Of a DNA stretch of 64,000 bases, positions 1-11,939 are shown in pieces. Each line of letters starts with the position of its first letter. Position 1 is the first letter of the stretch. Source of the DNA: Paraspadella gotoi (Eukaryota; Animalia; Chaetognatha); the NCBI GenBank assembly GCA_051294375.1, contig CM119267.1, positions 14,959,391 to 15,023,390 on the forward strand. Direction: 5' to 3'. A program made the position numbers and the translations under genes. The notes beneath the pieces were generated by a model. That model saw only the letters and a list, made by a program, of their open reading frames with translations, did no database searches and was not told the origin of the DNA.

Positions 1-789
1 GTTCATTGATCCGATTACCCACGACCCTCGCCCACCCTTCTTTCTCACCCACGCCCACGAAGAACCCACACCCACAAAGCCCCTTGTACACTCCCCGAAA
101 CTCCCGTAGTCTGACTCACTCCTTTCGCTCACTGTCGGGGGGCAAAAAGGCTTTTCTCCAAATTGTTTCAGATAAAAATCTTTTTTTTATTTTCTCGCTT
201 TTTGTTCGACTGACGGGAGTTTCTTTTGCGTCGGATGAAGTAACTGATTATTACGAGCGAAAATACGAGGGAGAGGGAAAGCTGATTGTTGTGGTTCAGA
301 CTTTTTATCCGGAAACATCTGTATCGATATTAGGCACAAACTGATTAAGTTTAAAGGGTTCCGGTTTTGGCAGGACGTTAAAAAGGTCTTTTGATAATTT
401 CCTGCTCAGTGATCATTGGTCCTTTTACATAAATCAACAAGCCATGAATGTTTGCTATCACTTAGCCAAGGCGAAGTTTCGTTGCTTTTTAATTTTCTTG
501 TTTCGTCAGAACATAAAACTTTCTCTCGCTTTCCGATGTCTCTTCCGCCCCTAATTTGAAACCCCTGCGCTAAAAAGGAACATTCTACGTCTCCTTTTCA
601 TTTTTTTCACTTTTCACTTCGTGAATTTGGCATCGAAAACGTGTCCACTCTTGGTTTGCCGTAATTCTTGCTGACATTTTGCCAAAATCGCCGAAAAAAA
701 AGTCCCATCATTGATATCCTTTTTTTGACGTAAAGTCGCGTAAAACTTTTTCCCCAACTTTCACTTCTCTCTTTCTCTCCCTCAATCAC

Positions 790-875
<86 letters not shown>

Positions 876-2126
876 CTCACTCTGCCTCTCTCTCTCTCTC
901 TGCCTCTCTCTCTCTCTCCTCTTGTCTGTCTGTCTTTTCTACAGCTTTTTCACCGACTCATGTGAAACACAAACATCATATTTCTCATCATTTTTTAGGA
1001 GGTCCTACTTTTTTCTCCATTTTATAATTGACGCCCAAATTAATTTTACATTTAATCACATAATCACATAAAAGCCGAATGAAACTATAAAAGCAAAAAA
1101 ACAAATAGAAAAACATCAAAATTCATTAATTTAAAATTTTAATTCTCGCCCGCGTATTGACAGCGCGATTCGCTTCTCAGCCGCTAGGGTTCATTGTCAA
1201 GAATTTGTTTACGAAAAATATTAGTTTTCTCTTTGACTTTAAGATGTCCCAACCGCGGTTTCTGACGGTTTTGTTTTGATGACGTCAAGTTGTGAAAAAA
1301 ATATTTTATGAAAACATTTTTTTTAAATCGACCATTTGGAATTTGAATTTTCGACATTTACTAGATCTTAGTTGAATCAGCGATTTTCCGAATTATCTCA
1401 AATTGAATTTGTTATATTTTTGTGTGATATTTCCAGTGAATTTCAGTCGGTTCAGCGACGTCTTGTGAGGCGAGAAAGACGGACGAAGTGAAGCGTTTCA
1501 CACCCAAGGCGTTTAAGACTCCCGGGCGATCGACTCGCGGGAATGGAGATCTGGGTCAGGATGGGTCAACCGTCGAGTGAAGCATTTGTCTCGGATGATT
1601 TCACAGAAGCGAAGGAGCCGATCACTCGTTGATATTGAGAGCGTTGCGTTGAGAGAGAGAGAGTGAGAGAGTGAGAGAGTGAGAGAGTGAGAGAGTGAGA
1701 GAGTGAGATAGTGAGAGAGTGAGAGAGTGAGAGAGTGAGAGAGTGAGATAGAGAGAGAGTGAGCGAGAAAGAGGGAGAGTTGACTATTTTTTTACTTGTC
1801 CGCGCCGACCATCAGCTGAGTGATCGATCGCGTAGTTCCTTGTTTCACATTCCTCTGATTTAATCATTCTCTCGCTCAGTCTCACACCTCGCATCGCCGA
1901 TGGCGCCATCTCCTCCAACTCTAGTGAAATCAACGATCTTTTGTTTATTTCCGACGAAATCTAACCGAGTTTTAAAGTCGAACGAAGAAAAGGACGAAAA
2001 TAAATTGAAAATCGATCTTTTTCAGATCGAAATCTCGCTAAAGAAAATATTTTGAGGCGTTCAGGGAGTTTGACGAAACTGGGCGGAGATGCCTTGGAGA
2101 GAGAGAGAGGAAGAGAGAGAGAGAGA

Positions 2127-2165
<39 letters not shown>
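1..2165 (+). repeat. Arm A of a large inverted duplication (partner ~6860-9917)
   Basis: Position 1 gttcattgatcc is the reverse complement of ggatcaatgaac ending ~9917. Similarity continues to the GA tract at ~2100-2165 (tttgaggcgttcagggagtttgacgaaac vs gtttcgcaaactcccctgaaacgcctcaaa at ~6960). The arms differ by many 1-bp indels. Confidence 0.9.
1652..1765 (+). repeat. Tandem 8-mer (GAGAGAGT)n microsatellite
   Basis: Directly visible run of gagagagt units with two gagatagt-like variants. Confidence 0.9.
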
Positions 2166-2170
<5 letters not shown>

Positions 2171-2217
2171 CATTAGCTCCCCTGAACGTCAAGAAGGGCT
2201 TGCCAATGTCTATTTTA

Positions 2218-2312
<95 letters not shown>

Positions 2313-2875
2313 CATTCCTGTCCCGCCTATCTTTTTTTGCTATCTTTCTCCCGGTCCATCCAAATTTCTCCCTCTTCTGTCTCCCACCAACAGCTCGACT
2401 CTCAATGAGAGAGAATTTCCTTTTAATTTAATCTTTTTTTTTCAAGTTCAAACAAAAGTTTAAATACCAACGCCGAGCTGTTTTCGACTTTCTGAATTTA
2501 ATTAAGATATTAATTAATTTACATATTAAAATACTATTGTTTGAAACTTTGAAACAACGAGAAAAAAACAACAAAACAAAAAACTGCCAAAAAATTTCAA
2601 TTTTTCTTACTTAGTTTGCGCCGCCGAATCGTAAAAATCGTAATATTTCAAATTCGTCGATAACGAAATTCACTCACTTCTCTCCTTTCTCCTTATCTTT
2701 TCTTTTCTCATTTTTTAAAAAAATAAGTAAAAAAAAAGTTTTTTTCCAAATCTGGTCGAGGTTCGAAGTTTTTTCCCCCCTTCATCCGATAACAGAGTTC
2801 GATCGATCTTTCGCATTCACAACTTCGTTATCACTTTTCTTTCTTTCTCCACGTCTTCTTGGTATTTATCCCCTA

Positions 2876-2876
2876 A

Positions 2877-2921
<45 letters not shown>

Positions 2922-3210
2922 TTTTAGTTTAATCGTCATCATCATCATCATCATTTATCGTCGTCTTCATTCGAACCTTTTCATTATTTTTTTAATCCCA
3001 ATCTTTGAACAATCTTTCATCGTCGTCGTCGTCGTCGTCGTCGTCGTTTTCTCTTCCTTCACAGTCTTCATTTTTTTCATGTTATCATCGAAAAAAAAGG
3101 AGCTTCTGTTGTCCCTCGCATTTAAATCGAGGCCCTGGGCGGACGGAGGTATTTTAGACTGCCTCTTCCTCTTCCTCGTCCTCGTCGTTGTCGTCGTCGT
3201 CGTCATCATC
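2876..3210 (+). repeat. (GTC)n and (ATC)n trinucleotide microsatellite cluster
   Basis: Runs of gtcgtcgtc at ~2876-2921, ~3020-3046 and ~3180-3205, plus atcatc runs. Confidence 0.9.
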
Positions 3211-4200
3211 ATCGAACCCTTTATTGTCATAATCCTCGTACACATCATAATCAGAAAAAAAAAAAAAAACTCTCTCGTCTGTAAATTTTTCTTTTTCATG
3301 CCGAGATATTTTTTGGTTATTCCCGATGGAATTTCAAATTTTGCCGGGAAGCTGAATAGAAAAAAAAATATACAAGAGAGCGGGAAATTGTACATTAACA
3401 ATAAACAAATAATAAAAAAAATGCCGATATCCATCGTGAATTGATTATCGAATCCTGATGAACGGAGCCGACCGTCCGAAGATCATGAGGTACTCCATCA
3501 GGTGAGGCACAAGTTTTTAGGTATTTTTTTTTATCTTCGCCCGCGAACGAATAAGTTACATTTGAGTTCGTTAATCTGGAAGTTAAAAAAAATAAAATTA
3601 CAAACGCAATTAGTATCTAATTCAAACGATCGATGGTGACTCATTTTCTCCGTATTTCTTAACATCCGATATCGAGAAACGGAGTTAATTATTTGCTGCG
3701 GTCAGCTGCATTTGCTGCAGCAAATATCCTCAGCATCGATGCGGCAGGGATGCTTTTCTGCGAAGCAAACAGTGGGACACCGCGATAAGAAAGGCGGTCT
3801 CTTAAAAAGATGGAAAAGCGTTCTTCTGCCTTATCTCTCTCTCTCTCTCTCTCTCTCTNNNNNNNNNNNNNNNNNNNNNNNNNNNNNNNNNNNNNNNNNN
3901 NNNNNNNNNNNNNNNNNNNNNNNNNNNNNNNNNNNNNNNNNNNNNNNNNNNNNNNNNNNNNNNNNNNNNNNNNNNNNNNNNNNNNNNNNNNNNNNNNNNN
4001 NNNNNNNNNNNNNNNNNNNNNNNNNNNNNNNNNNNNNNNNNNNNNGACTCAATATTTAAATTGGGCTGACACACACATTAAAAAAGTTTAAGTTAGCTCA
4101 GTCGGTTCGAGTTGAAACTTTTTTTTTCAGAGCGAAAAAAATCCGGAAAACCCTAATTCGAAAAAGAAAAAAAAAATCGTTAATAGTAAACCGGCGCTGG

Positions 4201-4233
<33 letters not shown>

Positions 4234-4475
4234 NNNNNNNNNNNNNNNNNNNNNNNNNCTTTTTTTATTCTGTTCTCTCCATCTCTTTTTGCTTTTCCAT
4301 CCATTCCTCGCACCCCCCCAACACCGTCTCACTCCGTCCCATTTCCATTTCCCCGTCGCCAAAGTTAAACCGCAGGGTCCAGCGCTTGTGTTGGATAATG
4401 ATGAACGACGTTCTCTCTCTCTAGTTGGCTTTATGATGAATGGGTCACAGTCGAGAGTCGAGGATGGAGAGAGAG

Positions 4476-4525
<50 letters not shown>

Positions 4526-6859
4526 GCGAGAGAAGAGAGAGGAGAAGAAGACAGACAGAAGAGAGAGAGAGAATTTGCCAGCGCCGGTTTACTATTTACG
4601 ATTTTTTTTTTCTTTTTCGAATTAGGGTTTTCCGGATGACTCAATATTTAAATTGGGCTGACACACACATTAAAAAAGTTTAAGTTAGCTCAGTCGGTTC
4701 GAGTTGAAACTTTTTTTTTCAGAGCGAAAAAAAAATACTGAGAGCTTGGAATGACGGACGGACGAAAATCGAACTGGTGCAGAAATAAATCGATCAATGA
4801 AAAGGTATTGTGAGCGATGGATATAAAAATGGACAATGTATCTTCGCGCAGATGGACAGCGAGACCACAGGTTCTTTCATTCTTTTCTGCGTCCCTCTAA
4901 GGCTTGAATAGCGCGGTAAGTCGTGAGACCAGATCCATAAAAATCCTGACATTATGAAGACCGCACCACATTTTTTAGCCATTTAATACTGCACGACCCT
5001 CAAGCCACTCGTCAAGTTTCCCAAAGATGATTTTTTTTCGCGATCTTGATTTTTTTAATCTTCAAAACTTCATAATGTTTGTGAAATTTTCTCCTCAATC
5101 TATAAACATTCTCAATCCCTAGATACGAAGTCGAAAACAGTGACTCTGGAAGAGACCGGGAATCTGTGATGCGATTTTTGATCTGGGCTGTCAATGACAA
5201 TGACACACATTTTTTCTTTTACCACCCCTCTGTTCTTCACCTATCGTCTAGCCGTCGATCTGTCTGTTTTTACCCTTGTCTGTCTGAATGTCTGTTTATG
5301 TGGTTGTCAGTTTCTCTCTGTAAAGCAGATTAATGAAAATATTACTTCCCAGTGCTCGCCGGAATACTACTAAAAGTTTGTTATTTTTAAATAATTACCA
5401 GTTTTTTTCTAAATTTAATCTAGCGAAAGCTTGTCATCTGAAAATCGTAACGATTTTTAACTCCTCAAGTCTTTTAGCCACACGATTCCCGTGTTTATTA
5501 TCAACCGAATTTCGATCCCTGATTTCCATTTCTGTTTTTTTTTGGCAAAATCGGCGAATTTTTCTCGAATCCGAGTCGCTCTAACCCAAATTCCTTATCA
5601 ATTAAGTGTCGCGGCCTTTCGGGCATTTTTATCTTTGGCATCCGCAATTTACTCGAGCTTCCGTCGCCTCACTTTCTGACTTCGTTTTTGACTTTTCGAA
5701 TTTATTGCTTCGTATTTTAGGCCAAGTTTCAACGTTTATGTATTACTTCGCGTTCGTTTATAGTAAAAGTTTTTATAATCAAAATCTCTACTTAAAATTT
5801 TTGGACAAATGCGTCTCATGAGGCCACGCCCAAAACGTAACTCTCATCGGGGTCCACCCGTAACGTTATCGCCACATTCCGCCATCATTACCGTCACATT
5901 CTTGCACCAACTTAATTATTTATGACTCGCCACTTAGGATAAGCGACATTCATTGTCTCTCGTCCTCAAAACAAGACGAACAATCGTCAGTGCGAACTGT
6001 TTCTTTCCGACCGTTCCTGACTGTTTTCGCCGTTCCTAATCCCATCCTTCGACGAATCGAATCCAATTAATTGATATTTCTCCCAACGACGTTTATAAAA
6101 TTCGCGCCGATGACGTCGGGAACCCGCGAATCGCCGTTCGGTCAATTAGTCGATCGCCCGCTCGTGATTTGTCGAAACTTTCTTTTAACCTCGATGCTAT
6201 TGGGCGTCATTGGAGGGGAAGAGGGAACGAACGGAACAGATAAAATATCACGCGTGAGCCCTCGACTTACTCCCGCTCAGTGAAACTGNNNNNNNNNNNN
6301 NNNNNNNNNNNNNTGAAAGTTCTTTTTTATGTAAAAAGAATGAAAAAAAAAACGACGCGGAATGGTTCTAAAATATTAGAAAAAAAAAAAAACCCCGAAA
6401 AACAAAAACAAGAAAACAAAACTAAAAAGGCAAGGACTTGGACGGAGAACTAAAACATAAAGTCAAATGTATCCTTAAATCTGACCCTTGACCTCGAATG
6501 AGTTTCCGTCGTTTCATTAAAACAGTCGCATTTCTCGTGTCTAATTTCCATTGCGATCGACGACCCCGTCAGCATCGCTACAGCCGCTCGATACGATCGT
6601 GGCCGTTTGCCTTTTTATTTTATTTTTTTTTTGTGAAAAAATTTTAACTCTACTCTTCTCTCTCCTCTCTCTCTCTCTTTCTTTCTTCTTCCACTTCTCT
6701 TCTCTCTCTCTCTTCTCTCATCTCTCGCTCACCTCTCTCTTCTTCTCTCTCTCTGCTGTCTTCTGTCTTCACAAACGTGTGAGAGGGCCACCCCCAGAGC
6801 AAAAAACACAGTTCTACCTGGGAAATCCAGAAAACTCTTTCGAATGAAACACTTCTCGC

Positions 6860-9800
6860 TTCTCTCTCCTCTCTCTCTCTCATCTCTCTCTCTCTCTTCT
6901 CTCTCTTCTCTTCTCTCTCTCGTCTCTCTTCCTCTCTCTCTCTCCACATCTTCACACCCAAGTTTCGCAAACTCCCCTGAAACGCCTCAAAATATTTTTT
7001 TAGCGAGATTCGATCTGAAAAGATGATTTTCAATTTATTTTTTCGTCCTTTTTTCTTCGTTCGACTTAAAACTCGGGTTTAAGAATTTTTTTTTCGTTTC
7101 CGGAAAATTTTAAAAAAAAAGGGGGAAAAGAAAAAAAATCGTTGAATTTTCACTAGAGTTGGAGGAGATGGCGCACATTTCGGCGATGCGCAAGGTGTGA
7201 GAACTGAGCGAGAGAAAATGAATTAAATCAGAGGAATGTGAAACAAGGTTAACCTACGCGAATCGATCACTCAGCTGATGGTCCGGCGCGGACAAGTAAA
7301 AAAATATCAACTCTCCTCTTTCCTCGCTCACTCTCGTCTCTATCTACTTCTCAGCTCTCTCACTCTCTCATCCTCTCCATATCTCAGCATCCTCTCACCT
7401 CTCTCATCTCTCACTCTCTACTCTCTCACTCTCTACGCCTCTCTTCTTCTTCAACGCACCAACGCTCTCAAGTATCAACGAGTGATCGCTCCTTCGTCTG
7501 TGAAATATCTACGAGACAAATGCTTCACAACTCGACGAGGTTGACCCATCTGATGACCCAGATCTCCATTCCCGCGAAGTCGATCGCCCGGGAGTCCCTT
7601 TAAACGCTTGGGGTGTGAAAACCGCCTTTTCCTTGTTCCGTCTTTCTCGACTCACAAGACGGTCGCTGACCGAACTGAAATTGCACTGGAAATATCTAAG
7701 GAACAAATATAACAAATTAATTTGAGAATAAATTCGGAAAATCGCTGATTCACTAAGCAATCTAGTAAATGTTCGAAAATTCAAATTCCCAATGGGTCGG
7801 GTCGATTTAAAAAAAAAAATGTGTTCATAAAATATTTTTTTTCTACCAACTTGACGTCATCCAAAAAACAAAACCGTCAGAAACGGCGGTTGGACAATCT
7901 TAAAAGTCAAAGAAAAACTAAATATTTTTCGTGACAAATTCTTGAACATGAAACTAGCGGCTGAGAAGCGAATGCGCGCTGTCAATACGCGGGCGAAGAA
8001 TGTAAAATTTTAATTAAAATGGAATTTTGATGTTGTTTTCTATTGTTTTTTTTTGCTTTTATAGGATTTCATTCGGCTTTTATGTGATTATGTGATTAAA
8101 TGTAAAATTAATTTTGAGCGTCAATTATATAAATGGAGAAAAAAGTAGGACCCTCCTAAAAAATGATGAAATTATGGCACAGCCGGGTTGCCTGTGATGC
8201 CCATTGGGATGAGGGCATCTTCACTGTTTGGCTTTGGGGCTTCCGACCCTCAGTGACGCCGTCCATCACTGCGCGGTTACACCTAAGGACGGTCTCCGCT
8301 TTTGCAAAGCAGAGGGAAGTGTTAGGACTGTGGAATGGAACACTACGCCTGGAGTGGGTGTTTCCCCGCTCTGAGCCAATGGATTTGGCTGACGGATGGT
8401 GGAATGTGGGGGCGAGTGAATATACCGCCACAGGATCCACACCGGGCCAAGACAGAATCACTCAGGTTCTCAAGCCTGAGAGGTGTCTGACAAGACTGTT
8501 ACCATAGTGGGAGAGAGAGAGAGAGCGCTGAGTTGTGGGGGCATAGTGCCGTTTTGTCGTAGCGTACCCCAGGGGCATAGGCGTTTGTCGTAGCGTACAC
8601 CAAAGTAGGCAGGGCAAGGCGTTTTGTCATAGCGTACCTGAAGAAGGTTGCGTGTCGATAGTAGGGCCCTCCACACTCTATGGCCAACAGCCGGGTTGCC
8701 TGTGATGCCCAAATTTAGGGATGGGGCATCTCAATGTTGGCTTTGGGGCTTCCGACCCCTCAGTGACGCTCCAGTCACTGAGGCGCGGTTACCCTAGGCT
8801 GGGACGGTCCTCGCTTTGCCAACGCAGAGGGAAGGGTCGTTAGGACTGTGGATGGAGACACTTACGCCTGGGATGGGTGTTCCCCCTCTGAAGGCCAATG
8901 GATTTGGCCTGACGATGGTGGATGTGAGGCGAAGTGGAGATATACCGCCACAAAATGATATTTTGTGTTTCCACATGAGTCGGTGAAAAAGCTGGTAAAA
9001 AAGACAGACAAGACAGAACGAGAGAGAGAGAGAAGGCAGAGAGAGAGAAGAGAGAGAGAGAGGTAAAGAGAGAAAGAGAGAGAGAGAGAGAGAGTGAAGC
9101 GAGTGAGAGAAAGAGAAAGTGAAAGTTGGAGGAAGAAGTTTTAACGCGACTTTACGTCAAAAAAAAAGGAATCAATGATGGGAACTTTTTTTCGGCAATG
9201 TTTTGGCAAAATGTCAGCCAGAACGGGAGAACCAGAGTGGACCACGTTTTTCCGATGCCAAATTCAACGAGAGTGAAAAGTGAAAAAATGAATAAGGAGA
9301 CGTAGAAATGTTCCTTTTTAGCGCAAGGGGTTTTCAAATAAGGGGCGGAAGAGACAGTCGGAAAGCGAGAAAAAATTTTTTATGTTCTGACGAAAACAAG
9401 AAATTAACAAAGCACGAACTTCGGCCTTGGCTAAGTGATCAGCAAACATTTCATGGCTTGGTTGATTTATGAAAAAGGAAACCAATGATCACTGAGTAGG
9501 AGAAATTATCAAAAGACCTTTTACGTCTGCCAAAACCGGAACCCTTTAATCTTAACAAGTTTGGTGCCTAATATCGATACAGATGTTCCGATAAAGTCTG
9601 AAAACGCACAAAACAAACAGCTTTCCCTCTCCCTCGTATTTTTCGCTCGTAAATATCAGTTACTTTCATCCGAGGCAGAAAAGAAAACTCCCGTCAATCC
9701 GAACAAAAGCGAGAAAAATTAAAAAAAAATTTTTAATCTGAAACATTTTGGAGAAAAGCCTTTTTGCCCCCCGACAGTGCAGCGAAAGGAGTGAGTCAGA

Positions 9801-9917
9801 GCTACGGGAGTTCGGGGAGTGTACAAGGGGCTTTGTGGGGTGGGGTTCTTCGTTCGGGCGTGGGTGGAGAAAAGCAAAGGGTGGGCGAGGGTCGTGGGTA
9901 ATCACGGATCAATGAAC
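6860..9917 (-). repeat. Arm B of the inverted duplication of 1-2165; carries a 780-bp insertion absent from arm A
   Basis: Reverse-complement similarity to 1-2165 throughout, except 8173-8952. Confidence 0.9.
8173..8952. mobile_element. Non-autonomous TRIM-like element: two direct terminal repeats around a ~246-bp non-coding core
   Basis: Repeat 1 is 8173-8432 and repeat 2 is 8679-8952; both start tatggc and end tataccgccaca. The element is flanked by AAAT (8169-8172, 8953-8956). The uninterrupted empty site is at ~975-990 in arm A. No canonical PBS or PPT was recognised. Confidence 0.8.
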
Positions 9918-11908
9918 TTCAGGTGTTTTTTTTGTTCCCCTCTACTCCCCTCCGCAACATAATACTCTCGTAATAACAACGAAACGAAATGAAATCGCTT
10001 AGACTTTGAGGTAGATTTGATCACTTTGGTTCGGTTTAAAAAAGAAAAAACTTATACTAGTAAGAAGAAGATATATAGAAGAAGATAGAAAAGAATTTTA
10101 AAAGTGGAGGAAGGAAGAGGAAAGAAAAGACATGTAAGAATTGAAAGGTAACACCTCTTGGTAGCTGAAAGAAAGGAAAAAAAGCATGGAGGAAGGTTTT
10201 TGGAAATAGCAAGGCAAGGGAAGAGAGAAAAGATAAAGAATTGAGAGAAGGAGAAAGAGCAAAGAAAAAAGAAAGGTCGAAGCGGTGAAAGAAGCAAGAA
10301 TTCGTTTCCGGGGAAGAAGATTCATAAACCGGAGTGGACTTAAGAACCGGAAATGAGTAGAGCGATTTGGTGTCGAGGAAAAAGGCGGTCGTGGGGGTGG
10401 TCCGGTGGCTGGAGTGGCGGTGGAAAGAGCGCGTAGGAAAGTTGACATATTGGTAGTGAGATCGAAGTGTATTAGGGAAGTGAGGAATAGTTAAAAAAGA
10501 AAGTGAGAGGAATGATTACGAAGGATGTATGAAGTGGTTGGAATCGTAGAGAAGTTGTTGCTCCAAGCGAAGCCATAACTAGTGGTAAGTTAAGGCGTTG
10601 CCCTCGCGGAAGAGGGACGCAGGCGGCCGGTGATTGAACAAAGAAAGTTTTGACGTCAATAGACGACTATGATGGCGCCAGTGGCGGCGAAAACGAGAAA
10701 TAAGGATCAAGCAGCCGAAAAGAAGACAAAAAAAACCGAAAGGAACGACGACGACGACGAGACGACGACGACGAACGACGAGACGACGACGACGACGAAC
10801 GACCGTTGAAGTCCGGCGTAAAAACCATTTATTTTTTTGCCTGTGTCTCGCAGTTTCTTGTCGTTTTCGTTTTTATGAGAAATCGTTTCTTGCTTTTTCT
10901 TTTTCGTGCTTTTTTTTAATTTTCTTTAAACTTGTGTATATCCCGATTGATTTTTCATTTTTAAGGGTTTTCTCTTTTTTTTTTCTTCATTCAATTAATA
11001 TACTTTCTTCTTTGGCCATCATTCCTTCATTTCTCTTTTACTATCTTTTTTTTTTTCGCGTATTGACGATTCTAAGATAATTTCAAAGACAGTTAGATTG
11101 AATGAAGTTTTAAATCTTAACAAAAAAAATTTAAACGCAATTTAAAAAAAAACAACGAAAAGATACAGGTTTATTGTGTCGGTAGGTAAAATTGAATTGG
11201 CAACTTCCTTTCCCAAAAACCCTAAAATTGTAGAAAAACCAAATTCGCTTACTAGGACCTTAAGAACAATAAAAATAATGAAAACAATTAAAAACGATTA
11301 TCCCCCGAATCGACTTTGGTGAATTTCTCTCTAGGACTAAAGAACATGCATACAAAGTTTGGGACCCTTATCAGGGTCAATCCAGTGGAAGAAGGCAGAG
11401 ATATTTTTGCAAAAAAAAACCTTTCTGTTTTATATCTCAGCTGGTATGAGAGGTAAAAAATTTTTGAAAACGGTTTTATGCTAGAGGCAGACCAAAGGTT
11501 CAGGCCATGATGGGAGAAAAAAAATTGCATCATTACTATAAATTAGTTAATAAGGGCCAATCAAAAAGACACAGTCCCCTTAGTAAAACAAGGAAAGAGT
11601 CAACACGATTGTCCGTCGTCGTTCGTCGTCGTCATTATCGTCAGCGACAGAACGAATCAAATCTCGGTCCGAATTCGAATCAGAAAAGCACGTGATACGA
11701 ATAAGATGATATCACGTGACGCGAATGAGGCGCAAGGTGCAGCGCGATGCGTTGATGCCGTTTGATGCCGTTGATGCCCGTTGATGAGGCGAATGCGTCT
11801 CAATTCCCCCGCATGCATGAAACTCAAGGATTAGAAGAACGACCAACATCGGGAACTTAGGCAATCCAGCGGCTCTTTATTTACTTATCTCTCTCTTCTC
11901 TCTCTCTT

Positions 11909-11939
<31 letters not shown>

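Noticed and set aside
1961-2463. ORFs rich in ERERER or LSLSLS here and throughout the window
   Set aside because: Translations of (GA/CT)n microsatellites.
8156-8507. ORFs of 101 and 114 aa in the TRIM-like element
   Set aside because: Lie mostly within the terminal repeat, frame not preserved in the second repeat, no gag/pol motif.
8545-8640. CRISPR-like repeat-spacer pattern
   Set aside because: Three degenerate units with short linkers inside a mobile element, no cas genes, eukaryotic context.
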